Shown in pieces: positions 39,264-49,115 of a stretch of 64,000 bases of DNA. Source of the DNA: a virus. Location of the stretch: positions 1-64,000 of IMG/VR virus record IMGVR_UViG_3300008114_000042; one strand, written 5' to 3'. The notes beneath the pieces were generated by a model, which saw nothing but the letters and a program-made list of their open reading frames with translations, was not told the origin of the DNA and did not search any database. Positions within the stretch are counted from its first letter, which is position 1. The number at the start of each line of letters is the position of its first letter. The translations under genes and the position numbers were made by a program.

Positions 39264-40087
39264 TCTTTTGCCCATTTCACGGCAACTTCCGCACCCCCGC
39301 AGGCGAGGTAGACAAGGAGAAAGGAACGTTCTTCTGCTTCTCGTGTAGGCATGTATGCGACCTCAACGACTACATCACCAAGGTATCCGGCAAGACCTAC
39401 TTCCAAGCAGAGCGCCTCATCAAGCAGATGGAGCAGGAAATGGACATCACGGATATCCTTGATAAGGAACTGGAAGAGAAGCCAGAGTTTGTTCCCTTCG
39501 ATGAACTGCTCATCAAGCGCCTTCACAACGACCTTGACCTACGGGCACGCACCTACCTCAACCTTCGACTCATCAACGATGAGAGCATCGACCGCTTCAT
39601 GCTGGGGTACTCCCGCAAGCAGGATATGATTACCGTCCCGGTGTCTGCTCCTGACGGGATGTGGGTTGGCTTTGTCGGCAGGAGTCTTGAAGGCAAGCAG
39701 TTCAAGAATACGACCGGGCATTGGAGAAGTAAGACTCTCTTTAATCTACATAAGACGCGCAAGTACGATCAAGTCTATGTAGTTGAGTCTTCGTTTGATG
39801 CGATTAGGCTCTCCCAGAATGGCATTCCCGCAGTAGCCACTCTGGGTGCAAGCGTTTCCAACATTCAGTTGGGGCTCTTGGAAAAGTATTTCAGCACTGT
39901 TGTCGTCATCGGTGACAACGACGATGCTGGAAAACTGATGAAGGAAAGAGTATTGACACGGCTGGGAAACCGTGCTATACTAATAACATTGCCAGACAGG
40001 TTCAAGGATGTCGGAGACTTGACTGACAGTGACATAGCACAACTAAACACAAAAATATCCGATCCACTACTATCACTAAGTATTTAA
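39149..40087 (+). CDS. dnaG: DNA primase (Zn finger + TOPRIM)
   Basis: CPFH...CFSC, VVESSFD, DNDDAG, KDVGDL. Confidence 0.88.
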   Translation: MHRRTGRPPARLFTEEQIRRVILVSGATIEGEVGTDFLVFCPFHGNFRTPAGEVDKEKGTFFCFSCRHVCDLNDYITKVSGKTYFQAERLIKQMEQEMDITDILDKELEEKPEFVPFDELLIKRLHNDLDLRARTYLNLRLINDESIDRFMLGYSRKQDMITVPVSAPDGMWVGFVGRSLEGKQFKNTTGHWRSKTLFNLHKTRKYDQVYVVESSFDAIRLSQNGIPAVATLGASVSNIQLGLLEKYFSTVVVIGDNDDAGKLMKERVLTRLGNRAILITLPDRFKDVGDLTDSDIAQLNTKISDPLLSLSI

Positions 40088-40098
40088 GGAGAAACTAT

Positions 40099-40758
40099 AT
40101 GTCGATTATTACAGGTCTCAAGGCAATGGAAGCCGCTATGACCACTAAGGAATACACCAACGACGGCCCGAAGGTCCGTTGGGTGAAGTTGGAGGATAGG
40201 CAGGTTGTCAAGGCTCGTCCCATCAATGAACTTGATGAAGATTCCAGCAACTATGACCCCTCACGAGGTCTTACAATCGTAGTCGTGGAGCACACTAACC
40301 CCAAGGACTACAAGAAGAAGGCTGTCTGCACGATGGACACCGAAGGTCGCTGCTACGGCTGCGAGATGAACCAGAAGGACCCCAAGGCTGGCTGGTATGG
40401 TCGCAAGCGCTTCTACATCAACCTGCTCGTAGACGACTCACTTGAGCCTCCCTACGTCGCAGTCTGGTCACAGGGGCTTGGAAAGCAGTCCTCTGTTCCT
40501 ACCCTCGTGGAATACTACCACGATACTCAGGCTATCTCCAACCTCTCTTGGAAGTTGAAGCGTCAGGGCTCTGGCACGGACACCACCTACGTCCTTTTGC
40601 CTACCGTTCCCGACACCGAGCCTTTCGACTGGAAGGGTATTGAGCCCTTCCCGCTGGACAAGGTTGTCCGACAGATTCCTTATGCGGATCAGGAGTCGTT
40701 CTACCTTGGGTTCGATAGTGCTCTCTCTTCTGCCACCTCTACTTCCGTAGACTGGTAG
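40099..40758 (+). CDS. single-stranded DNA-binding protein (T4 gp32-like)
   Basis: H..C..C..C Zn site, RFYINLLV, KRQGSGTDTTY; position next to primase and polymerase. Confidence 0.65.
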   Translation: MSIITGLKAMEAAMTTKEYTNDGPKVRWVKLEDRQVVKARPINELDEDSSNYDPSRGLTIVVVEHTNPKDYKKKAVCTMDTEGRCYGCEMNQKDPKAGWYGRKRFYINLLVDDSLEPPYVAVWSQGLGKQSSVPTLVEYYHDTQAISNLSWKLKRQGSGTDTTYVLLPTVPDTEPFDWKGIEPFPLDKVVRQIPYADQESFYLGFDSALSSATSTSVDW

Positions 40759-40764
40759 AACCCC

Positions 40765-40804
40765 CGACTGGGGATAGGCTTACTCACTCCACCTATCCCC
40801 AGTC
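40765..40804 (+). terminator. hairpin between SSB and HNH genes
   Basis: GACTGGGGATAGG / CCTATCCCCAGTC 13-bp inverted repeat. Confidence 0.6.
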
Positions 40805-40843
40805 AAACCCATCATTCTCACACCGATATGGTATAATATGACT

Positions 40844-41416
40844 ATGAGAATGACGACAAATGTTGGCGAAACAAATGAATACGGAGTCAAAGTAGTTGGC
40901 GGTCCCTACTATGGGATAGCAAGAGGAAACTCTACACGATGGGACTATCTGTGCCCCTTCTGTGAAGAAACTTTCAGAGCGCCGACCACAAACTTTAAAA
41001 AGGCAAAGTCTTGCTACAACTGCCGGGGCTGGGCACTTCGGAAGTCATCAGCAGAAATAACTTGGCGAAACCATTATGGGATGGTCAAAAGCCGCAAGGC
41101 AGCAAAAGAAAAAGGTTTTGATATCACACTAGAGCAGTTTGTAGAGATATCTTCTATGGACTGCCACTACTGCGGGATAGAGCCGTCCCCCACAAAAGGA
41201 CACCGGCAATGGTCTGAGACTATTCTCACGAATGGTCTTGACAGGGTGGACCCAAGTGTGGGATACTTATATTCCAACGTAGTCCCCTGTTGCAAAGACT
41301 GCAACATAGCGAAGTTAGACAAGACAACTAAGGAGTTTACCTCGTGGCTAACGAGAATAGCACAGCACCAAGCAATAACTATGTCCCTCTCCACCTCCAC
41401 TCGCATTTCAGTTTGA
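40844..41416 (+). CDS. free-standing HNH-like endonuclease overlapping the dnaE start
   Basis: CHYCG, NGLDRVDPSVGYLYSNVVPCCKDCNIAK; TGGTATAAT at 40829. Confidence 0.75.
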   Translation: MRMTTNVGETNEYGVKVVGGPYYGIARGNSTRWDYLCPFCEETFRAPTTNFKKAKSCYNCRGWALRKSSAEITWRNHYGMVKSRKAAKEKGFDITLEQFVEISSMDCHYCGIEPSPTKGHRQWSETILTNGLDRVDPSVGYLYSNVVPCCKDCNIAKLDKTTKEFTSWLTRIAQHQAITMSLSTSTRISV

Positions 41417-44400
41417 TGGATGGAGTTTCTACAACAGAAGAGTATGTATCCCGCGCTATCGATAACGGTATGCGCGGCATTGCTATTACTGACCACGGAA
41501 CACTCTCCGGTCATCGTGCTATGTATCGTGCTGCGACCAGCGCAGGCATCAAGCCGGTACTGGGAATCGAAGCCTACTTTACCCCTGACAGAAAGGACCG
41601 CAGGGACTACGACGAGCGCACCACTCCACTAGACAAGGTGTATAACCATCTTATCATCCTTGCGAAGAACAACAAGGGTCTTGCTAACCTTAACAAGATG
41701 AGCGAGATTTCTTGGAATGATGGCTTCTTTAAGAAGCCTCGTATTGACTTTGAGTTGCTAGAGAAGTACGGTGATGGACTCATCATTTCCTCTGCATGTA
41801 TGGGTGGCCTTATCAACCAAGCGATTGAGCAGGACGAACTTGCCGTAGCCAAGGGGCACCTTAAGTGGTTCGGTGACCGCTTCGGTGACGACTTCTATGT
41901 AGAGGTCATGCCACACAACCCTGCTTACATCAACCAGACACTCATCGAACTTGCAGACCACGGCGGTCACAAGATCATCGTTACTCCTGACTGTCATCAC
42001 GCGACGGTAGACCAGAAGATCATTCAGGAAGTCATGCTCATCAACAATACTCATCCTAAGCAGGTTAAGGATACTACCTATGCCAAGGCAGCCAAGATCG
42101 ACAACCTCATGGATCGCCTTGACTACCTTTACGACAAGGATCGCAAACTAACTTTCAACAAGTTCGACATTCACTTGCTCTCCGCAGACGAGATGCGTGA
42201 GGCCATGGAGAACAGTGGTGGTTTTAGGGAGGATATGTTCTCCAACACAGAGGAAATCCTTGACAAGGTAGAGGACTACAAGATGCCTCGTAACCTCAAC
42301 CTCCTTCCCACAGAGTACCAGAAGCCAGCAGACGAACTTCGCCGTCTGGCCTATGAGGGTCTGGCAGAGCGTGGGTTCGCAGACAACCCAGAGTATGTCG
42401 CACGACTGGATGAGGAACTGTCCATCATCCACGACAAGGGCTTTGAGCCTTACTTTCTCGTGGTGCGCAACATGCTCAACTGGGCACGCAAGCAGGGCAT
42501 CATGGTAGGACCGGGTAGAGGATCGGCAGCAGGATCACTACTGTCTTTCTGTCTCTACATCACAGACATTGATCCTATCCCCCACGGACTACTGTTCTTC
42601 CGCTTCATCGATCCTAGCCGTGATGATTTCCCTGACATCGATTCTGACATTCAGGATAGTCGTCGTGATGAGGTCAAGGCTTATCTGGAAGCACAGTACC
42701 GGCATGTGGCATCCATTGCTACCTACCAAGAGTTCAAGGATAAGGGAGTCGTGCGTGACGTTGCTCGCGTGTTCAACGTCCCTCTGTCCGATGTGAACCG
42801 TGCTCTTAAGTCTGTCGATGTGTGGGAGGCATTTGCCTTTAGCCGCAGCACCGCATGGTTCCGAGAGAAGTACCCTGAGGTGGTCACCGTAGCAGAGCAG
42901 TTGCGTGGTCGCATCAGAGGCACAGGCATCCACGCCGCAGGCATGGTCACTGCCAAGTCTCCTATCTCCAAGGTGGCTCCTATGGAGACACGAGTGGACC
43001 CCGCCAGCAAGGAGCGCATCCCTGTCGTGGCGGTCGATATGGAAGAGGCAGCAGACATTGGCCTTATCAAGATTGACATTCTTGGTCTTAAGACTCTCTC
43101 CGTTATTGACGACACTCTTAAGACTATCAAGGAGCGATGGGGAAAGACCATCGACCTTCACTCCATCCCGATGGATGATAAGAAGGTTTACGAAATGATT
43201 TCGGCTGGTCACACGAAGGGCATCTTCCAGTGTGAGGCTGCCCCCTACACCAACCTCATTCTCAAGATGGGCATTCGCAACTTCGATGAACTTGTAGCCT
43301 CCAACGCACTCGTGCGCCCCGGTGCTATGAACACCATTGGTAAGTCCTACGTTGCTCGCAAGCATGGCAAGCAGGACATCTCCTATGCCTCTCCACTGAT
43401 GAAGGCATTCACAGAGGAAACGTATGGTACTATTCTCTATCAGGAGCAGGTTATGCTCGCCTGTACGGAACTAGGCGGCATGACCATGGAGCAGGCCAAT
43501 AAGGTTCGTAAGATTATTGGAAAGAAGAAGGACGCTAAGGAGTTTGATGAGTTCAAGGAGTTATTCATTCGGAATGCGAGTGGGCCACTTGGCGGGGCGG
43601 CTGCTGAAAAGATGTGGCATGATTTCGAAGCCCACGCCGGGTATTCGTTTAACAAGTCTCATGCTGTCGCTTACTCAACCCTATCGTACTGGACCGCATG
43701 GCTCAAGCACTACTACCCGCTAGAGTTCATGTTCTGCGTTCTTAAGAATGAGAAGCAGGCAAAGGATAGAACACCCTATCTTATTGAAGCAAAGCGCATG
43801 GGAATCCCCCTGCGACTACCACACATCAACGAGTCAGACCTTGACTTTAAGATTGAAGGGAAGGCGATCCGCTTTGGGTTGACTAGCATTAAGTTCCTTA
43901 GTGATAAGGTCGGTGGCAGATATATCGATAACCGTCCTTTCCATTCCTACGAACAAGTTAAAGAGTTTACTCTCACAAAGGGCAACGGAGTAAACACTCG
44001 TGCTCTTTCGGCTCTTGATGCAGTAGGCGCTGTGGCGTTCCCTGACAATCCTAGGGATGAGAACAGGGTTCGAAGCAACCTCTATGAGTACCTAGAACTG
44101 CCAGAGTTTGCAACTGATATCCCATCTCATATCCATGCCTTCATGGACAACTGTGATGACTTCGATGAGAAGGGCGTGTTTATCTTCATGGGTGTCGTGC
44201 GTGATATCAAGCGGGGTATGGGATGGGCACGGGTAGAAATCCTTGATGCCACCGGCAGCGTAGGAGTCTTTGATGATCCACAAACAACCATTGAGAAGGG
44301 CAAGCAGTACCTCTTTCTCGTTGGGTCTAACCGGGTAGTTGAGGCGATCCCTGTGGATGAGATTGCCACAAGCAAGTCAGCCTTCGTAAGGTTCCTCAAT

Positions 44401-44652
44401 TACAAGCAACTACCTTACAGTGAAGGAGAATACTATGTTCTGGCTTTTAAGCGGAGGGTGACCAAAGCGGGAGCGAACATGGCTACTCTAATTGTATCCA
44501 ATTCCAACAGAGAGTTGCGGAGCGTTGTTGTATTCAGCCGAGAGTTCCCAGACGCATACACGCACCTTGATGAGGGAAAGGCATTCTCCATTGACTTTGG
44601 AAAGACCAAGGATGGGGACCTAACCTACAAGGGAGTTCTTACTAATGCTTGA
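41344..44652 (+). CDS. dnaE: DNA polymerase III alpha subunit
   Basis: PHP domain (HLHSHFSLMDG, TDHG), GRGSAAGS, PDIDSD, YSFNKSH, OB fold. Confidence 0.95.
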   Translation: MANENSTAPSNNYVPLHLHSHFSLMDGVSTTEEYVSRAIDNGMRGIAITDHGTLSGHRAMYRAATSAGIKPVLGIEAYFTPDRKDRRDYDERTTPLDKVYNHLIILAKNNKGLANLNKMSEISWNDGFFKKPRIDFELLEKYGDGLIISSACMGGLINQAIEQDELAVAKGHLKWFGDRFGDDFYVEVMPHNPAYINQTLIELADHGGHKIIVTPDCHHATVDQKIIQEVMLINNTHPKQVKDTTYAKAAKIDNLMDRLDYLYDKDRKLTFNKFDIHLLSADEMREAMENSGGFREDMFSNTEEILDKVEDYKMPRNLNLLPTEYQKPADELRRLAYEGLAERGFADNPEYVARLDEELSIIHDKGFEPYFLVVRNMLNWARKQGIMVGPGRGSAAGSLLSFCLYITDIDPIPHGLLFFRFIDPSRDDFPDIDSDIQDSRRDEVKAYLEAQYRHVASIATYQEFKDKGVVRDVARVFNVPLSDVNRALKSVDVWEAFAFSRSTAWFREKYPEVVTVAEQLRGRIRGTGIHAAGMVTAKSPISKVAPMETRVDPASKERIPVVAVDMEEAADIGLIKIDILGLKTLSVIDDTLKTIKERWGKTIDLHSIPMDDKKVYEMISAGHTKGIFQCEAAPYTNLILKMGIRNFDELVASNALVRPGAMNTIGKSYVARKHGKQDISYASPLMKAFTEETYGTILYQEQVMLACTELGGMTMEQANKVRKIIGKKKDAKEFDEFKELFIRNASGPLGGAAAEKMWHDFEAHAGYSFNKSHAVAYSTLSYWTAWLKHYYPLEFMFCVLKNEKQAKDRTPYLIEAKRMGIPLRLPHINESDLDFKIEGKAIRFGLTSIKFLSDKVGGRYIDNRPFHSYEQVKEFTLTKGNGVNTRALSALDAVGAVAFPDNPRDENRVRSNLYEYLELPEFATDIPSHIHAFMDNCDDFDEKGVFIFMGVVRDIKRGMGWARVEILDATGSVGVFDDPQTTIEKGKQYLFLVGSNRVVEAIPVDEIATSKSAFVRFLNYKQLPYSEGEYYVLAFKRRVTKAGANMATLIVSNSNRELRSVVVFSREFPDAYTHLDEGKAFSIDFGKTKDGDLTYKGVLTNA

Positions 44653-44732
44653 TTGCGTTTCAGCGTTGGTTATGACTTCCGAAGCGTTCTTAACACACAT
44701 AGAAAAAACTACAACTACCAAGAGGGACTAAA

Positions 44733-45077
44733 ATGAACATCAACCTAGAAGAGTACGCCTTTGCTATTCATTCTAACGCAGTAGAAAAGGGTTTCTGGTC
44801 ACCACTAGACAGGATGGAGCCACAGGATCATGTAGTGTTCTATATCAAGCAGTTGGCTATGATCGACAGCGAGGTAGCAGAAACATTAGAGGCTGTTCGC
44901 AAGGACAAGGGAGAGCGTGAGGTAGTGTTCGAAATGGCAGACATCCTCATTCGCCTCCTTGACCTATGGGCGGGTATGCAGCGTAATGGAGAGGTCCGTA
45001 CCCTGCTCACCGATGCCCTCGTAGAGAAAATGGCAGCCAATATGGGTCGGCCACAACTTCATGGAGTAAGAGCATGA
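44733..45077 (+). CDS. MazG-like NTP pyrophosphohydrolase
   Basis: SEVAETLEA...EMADILIRLLD. Confidence 0.75.
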   Translation: MNINLEEYAFAIHSNAVEKGFWSPLDRMEPQDHVVFYIKQLAMIDSEVAETLEAVRKDKGEREVVFEMADILIRLLDLWAGMQRNGEVRTLLTDALVEKMAANMGRPQLHGVRA

Positions 45078-45117
45078 GACTCCGTGTTTCGCTTTGGACT
45101 ATGCTATAATGGTGGTT

Positions 45118-45654
45118 ATGAGAAATCAGCCATTTGCTATTGGGCAAAGACACACACGAAACCTTATCCTTGATAAGCGCAGGAAAACTTCTTCCACATT
45201 TTATTTTGTTAGATGTGATTGTGGAAACGAAAGGTGGATTCGCTCAGACATCCTAAGAAAGAATAAGCACGGGTGCAGCAAGTGTTATGCACTAAGCATG
45301 AGGAAAAGCGGAGAGGGGCATAGCATTAATTCAGCATGGAAGTCCCTTACTAATAACGCCAGAACACGGGGCATCCCAGTTGAAATTTCCAAAGAAGAGT
45401 TTGTCATCGTGGCAAAGCAAGAGTGTTTCTATTGTGGAGAACCACCAAAAGAGAAGTCTTACTACGATCAGCCAGAATGGGCTACCCCGGCAAAACTAAA
45501 CGGAATAGATAGAGTAGACAACGCCCGTGGCTATTCCATAGACAACATCGTTTCTGCGTGCGGAACTTGCAATCGTGGGAAAATGGATTTGTCGTTAGAA
45601 GATTTTAAGAGTTGGATAATAAAACTATCGAAGAGAGAGTGGATAAATGAGTGA
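45118..45654 (+). CDS. free-standing HNH-like endonuclease overlapping the recA start
   Basis: CDCG, CFYCG, NGIDRVDNARGYSIDNIVSACGTCNRGK; TGCTATAAT at 45102. Confidence 0.75.
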   Translation: MRNQPFAIGQRHTRNLILDKRRKTSSTFYFVRCDCGNERWIRSDILRKNKHGCSKCYALSMRKSGEGHSINSAWKSLTNNARTRGIPVEISKEEFVIVAKQECFYCGEPPKEKSYYDQPEWATPAKLNGIDRVDNARGYSIDNIVSACGTCNRGKMDLSLEDFKSWIIKLSKREWINE

Positions 45655-46660
45655 TCTGCTGGAAGGAGTCCTTGCTGGACTTAATCCAAAACTAAGAAAA
45701 AGAATAACGCTCGGAAGTGAAGTCCCAAGAGTAGAGTTTGCTCCTACTCCCAGTGTTGGATTGAATCATGCCCTCAACGGAGGCTTCCCCTATGGACGAC
45801 AGATACTCGTATGGGGAAACAAGTCAAGCGGCAAGTCATCGTTCTCGCTACAAACCATCGCCGCCGCACAGAAAGAGGGTAAGGTATGTGCTTGGATAGA
45901 CGCAGAAATGGCATTCGATCCAGCGTGGGCTACAGCGTTAGGTGTAGACGTAGAGACCTTGATCGTTTCCACCGCACGCACGGTCAACGATATGGTAGAT
46001 GTCTGTACGGAACTCCTTAAGTCCGGGGTAGACATTGTAGTCGTTGACTCTATTTCTGCTCTCACTCCTGCCATTTACTTTGAGAAAGATAGTGGAGAAC
46101 TCAAGCAGTTGGAGAATACCATGCAGATCGGTGCAGAGGCAAAGGATATGGCGCACGCAGTCAAGATGATTAACTATGCCAATAACCAAGTCAAGCAGTC
46201 AATGATTATACTTATCAGTCAGGCACGCAACAACATCGGTCAGATGTATACAAAGCAGGAGCCTACTGGTGGCCTTGCCGTGAAGTTCTACTCATCTACT
46301 ATCGTTAAACTGTTCAGCAGCGAGAGCGACAACCAAGCGATCAAGGGAAAGATTTATGTCGGAGACAAGATCATTGAAGAAAAGATTGGACGTAAGGTAC
46401 GGTGGGATGTCCAGTTCAGCAAGACTTCGCCAGCCTTCCAGACAGGAGAGTACGATTTCTATTTCAGGGGGCAAAGCGTTGGTGTTGACTCCGTTGCAGA
46501 TTTGGTTGATACATCAGAACTACTTGGCTTTATCGAACGAGCCGGGGCATGGTATACAGTTGACTCTCAACGTTACCAAGGTCGTGAGCGACTTGTTCTC
46601 GCTGTAAAGGAAGACCTAGGACTACAGGAAACCCTACTAGAGAAGATCAAGAATGCGTAA
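45647..46660 (+). CDS. recA: RecA-like recombinase
   Basis: GNKSSGKS, WIDAE, VVDSI, ISQAR, TGG.AVKFYSS, AGAWY. Confidence 0.92.
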   Translation: MSDLLEGVLAGLNPKLRKRITLGSEVPRVEFAPTPSVGLNHALNGGFPYGRQILVWGNKSSGKSSFSLQTIAAAQKEGKVCAWIDAEMAFDPAWATALGVDVETLIVSTARTVNDMVDVCTELLKSGVDIVVVDSISALTPAIYFEKDSGELKQLENTMQIGAEAKDMAHAVKMINYANNQVKQSMIILISQARNNIGQMYTKQEPTGGLAVKFYSSTIVKLFSSESDNQAIKGKIYVGDKIIEEKIGRKVRWDVQFSKTSPAFQTGEYDFYFRGQSVGVDSVADLVDTSELLGFIERAGAWYTVDSQRYQGRERLVLAVKEDLGLQETLLEKIKNA

Positions 46661-46808
46661 ATACTCTCTCTACAAGGGGCTGTTCGTATGCTATGACTGC
46701 AAGGGCTCTGTCTCCACCGCCCGGTACTGGACAAGTATTTCAGAACTTACTTGGAAGTGCAACTGCGGTTACATTAGCAAGGTAAATCTAAACATCAAGG
46801 GGTATTAA
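46653..46808 (+). CDS. 51-aa zinc-ribbon protein
   Basis: Hand-translated: CYDC...WKCNCG; overlaps both neighbours. Confidence 0.55.
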   Translation: MRKYSLYKGLFVCYDCKGSVSTARYWTSISELTWKCNCGYISKVNLNIKGY

Positions 46809-46966
46809 TGGAATTCTTATTCATCATAGCAAGCAATGACTTCAAGGCGGCAGCCCGTAGGGCAGCAGAGATGGACCTCCATATCACTGAATGGGAATGG
46901 TGTCCTATCCGCACCGTGCAGAATGCTGTTGTCGTCTTCCTCAGGACAGACGATGACAAACTATAA
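46808..46966 (+). CDS. 52-aa hypothetical protein
   Basis: TAATG coupling; hand-translated. Confidence 0.45.
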   Translation: MEFLFIIASNDFKAAARRAAEMDLHITEWEWCPIRTVQNAVVVFLRTDDDKL

Positions 46967-47291
46967 CAAGCATGAACAAGCAGAGACAAGGCGCTTGGGT
47001 GGAAAGACACACAAGAACAGCGGCAGGGGCCAAGTCAAGGGCGATGCATCGTGGAGAGATTTCATTGTTGACTACAAGTTTTCAAACAGGTCGGTAACCG
47101 TAAACCAAGAGATGTGGGCGAAGATAGTAACCGATGCTATGAAGACTGATAGGTCGAAGTCTCCGCTCCTTGTCCTCGTTATAGGCGAGGGTAGTCACAA
47201 GATACGCCTTGGCGTACTAGAACTCTCTGTCCTTGAAGAGTTGACTTCCGAGAACCAAGATGGTATAATAGTGCAAACAAAGGAAGAGTAA
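46953..47291 (+). CDS. PD-(D/E)xK nuclease, Holliday-junction-resolvase-like
   Basis: E......LG....NSGRG..KGD....FIVDYK. Confidence 0.65.
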   Translation: MTNYNKHEQAETRRLGGKTHKNSGRGQVKGDASWRDFIVDYKFSNRSVTVNQEMWAKIVTDAMKTDRSKSPLLVLVIGEGSHKIRLGVLELSVLEELTSENQDGIIVQTKEE

Positions 47292-47587
47292 TGCTAACAA
47301 CACTAGAGAAAACAAGCAACCTGTACGACATAGCCGAATACATGCAGGACGAAGACCTGATGAATGCACTAGAGTTTGTCGCCAAGGTTATCTCCAAGCC
47401 AGATGTGCCGCCGTCCGTCGCCTCCGCAGAGATAGTGCGGCTACAGGCAATAGCAATGACGTATGCCCTCAAGGCGAGTTGGTATACTAATGTTGATAAG
47501 ACAGACAGGGCACGCAAGAACCTGTGCTACACCCTATCCGAGCAACTCACTACCTTCGTGGCTGCTCTGAAATATGTGATGAGATGA
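47291..47587 (+). CDS. hypothetical protein
   Basis: TAATG coupled, 98 aa. Confidence 0.65.
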   Translation: MLTTLEKTSNLYDIAEYMQDEDLMNALEFVAKVISKPDVPPSVASAEIVRLQAIAMTYALKASWYTNVDKTDRARKNLCYTLSEQLTTFVAALKYVMR

Positions 47588-47630
47588 AACTTTCCGTAGG
47601 CCCCATCATAAAGAAAATGGATATGAGATA

Positions 47631-48410
47631 ATGAGTGATTTGATGAAGCAACTAATGAAGAAGCCCGAGAAGTCTTGGCTAAATGCTCCGAAGTTTATTG
47701 AGCGTTTTGAGGCAGGGTACATGGATGGGACAGGACCCAAGTTCACAAAGAAGAAGTCCTTCTCCCCCTCTACTCTTGCCTACGGAAACGGTGCCTGCCC
47801 CCGCTACTGGAACATCGCCTTTGCAGGAGCAGAGTTTGCCGACGACAGGAACCCCTACTCCGTAGCGAATATGTCGTCAGGCACGATGAGCCACGAGCGC
47901 ATTCAGAATGCCATGCTTTCCTCCGGTCTCGCCAAGGAAGTAGAGCGCAAGATCGTATGCGAGGACCCGCCTATCTTTGGCTACGGTGACGTTATCCTTG
48001 ACCTTGATGAGGTTGAGGATGAGGAAGTCGTAGGAGAAATCAAGACGATGCGTGAAGAGTCATTCGCTCATCGCAAGGCAACAGGCAAGGCTCCTACCTA
48101 TCATCTAGTTCAACTGCTCATCTACATGAAGGTGCTCAAACTCCGTCGTGGCGTTCTCATCTATGAGAACAAGAACTCTCACGAGATAGTCCTTATCCCT
48201 GTTGAGATAAACGGTGACTACATCCAGTGGGCAGACCAGTTGTTTGAGTGGCTGCGTGAAGTGAAGAAGGCATCTGACGATGAGCAACTTCCCACCAAGC
48301 CCTACCGCTCCAACTCAAAGATATGCAAGAACTGTCCAGTCAAGGCTGCCTGTGACGAAGCAGGCAAGGGTGTCATTACTATTCCTGTGATGCCGGTGCT
48401 TCCAGAATGA
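47631..48410 (+). CDS. Cas4-like / RecB-family exonuclease
   Basis: SPS..CPR, GTMSHE, GYGD, EIKT, QLLIY, CKNCP....C Fe-S-type cysteines. Confidence 0.85.
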   Translation: MSDLMKQLMKKPEKSWLNAPKFIERFEAGYMDGTGPKFTKKKSFSPSTLAYGNGACPRYWNIAFAGAEFADDRNPYSVANMSSGTMSHERIQNAMLSSGLAKEVERKIVCEDPPIFGYGDVILDLDEVEDEEVVGEIKTMREESFAHRKATGKAPTYHLVQLLIYMKVLKLRRGVLIYENKNSHEIVLIPVEINGDYIQWADQLFEWLREVKKASDDEQLPTKPYRSNSKICKNCPVKAACDEAGKGVITIPVMPVLPE

Positions 48411-48676
48411 AGACGTGCGTGTGGTGTATGAATGAGTTTCAGCCCAAGGTGTCCTATCAGGTTTACTGTGATGCTGAATGCCGTACACTCGCCACTCGCC
48501 ACAACGCACGAAATAAGCGTATCAGCGCACGCATAGAGCGCAACAGGCGCAACCCTCGTAGGTGTGCAGGAGGATGCGGAACCATCATCAGCATCTACAA
48601 CGATCAGACCTTCTGCCTATCCTGCGGGGTAGACGAAAAGAAAGTAGCCGCTGCTATTGAAAGATTGGGTAGATGA
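48407..48676 (+). CDS. Cys-rich zinc-binding protein
   Basis: CVWC...YCDAEC...CAGGC...CLSC. Confidence 0.65.
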   Translation: MKTCVWCMNEFQPKVSYQVYCDAECRTLATRHNARNKRISARIERNRRNPRRCAGGCGTIISIYNDQTFCLSCGVDEKKVAAAIERLGR

Positions 48677-49108
48677 GACTCATCACTATCGACGCATCAA
48701 CGAAGTCAGTTGCCTTCGGCATTTTCATCGACGGTAGACTAGAGAAATACGGCAAGATAAACATTCAGGGTAAAGACATATATGAGAAGTGTGCCAACAC
48801 AGCACACACCTTGACTTCCTTTGCCCGACTGTACCAGATAGAGAAGGCCATTATTGAGAAGCCCGTCTATGTGAATAGCCCACAGGTAATGATGATGCTC
48901 TCCATCGCACAAGGCGCTCTCATCGGGGCTCTCGCGGTCGGTGGCGTGCGGAAATTTGAGGGGGTAGTACCTTGCTCGCACGATGAGAAAGCAAAGAGTT
49001 ATAGACTATGTAAATGACTACTTCTCCTTGTCAATAACAGATGATGACGTAGCAGATGCGTTAGGAATCGGAATCTACTATTTACGCCGCTCATCTGGTG
49101 TGCTATAA
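48673..49108 (+). pseudogene. ruvC: RuvC-like resolvase split by a frameshift/internal deletion near 48968-48973
   Basis: IDAST and IIEKP in frame 0; ...MRKQRVIDYVNDYFSLSITDDDVADALGIG in the +1 frame (48968-49108). Confidence 0.8.
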
Positions 49109-49115
49109 TAGACCT

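Noticed and set aside
47631-48410. CRISPR-Cas system suggested by the Cas4-like gene
   Set aside because: No repeat-spacer array or other cas genes seen; solo Cas4-like nucleases are common in phage recombination modules
48961-49017. Programmed +1 frameshift giving full-length RuvC
   Set aside because: The joined product would still seem to lack an internal conserved segment and no known shift motif is evident; deletion or misassembly is simpler
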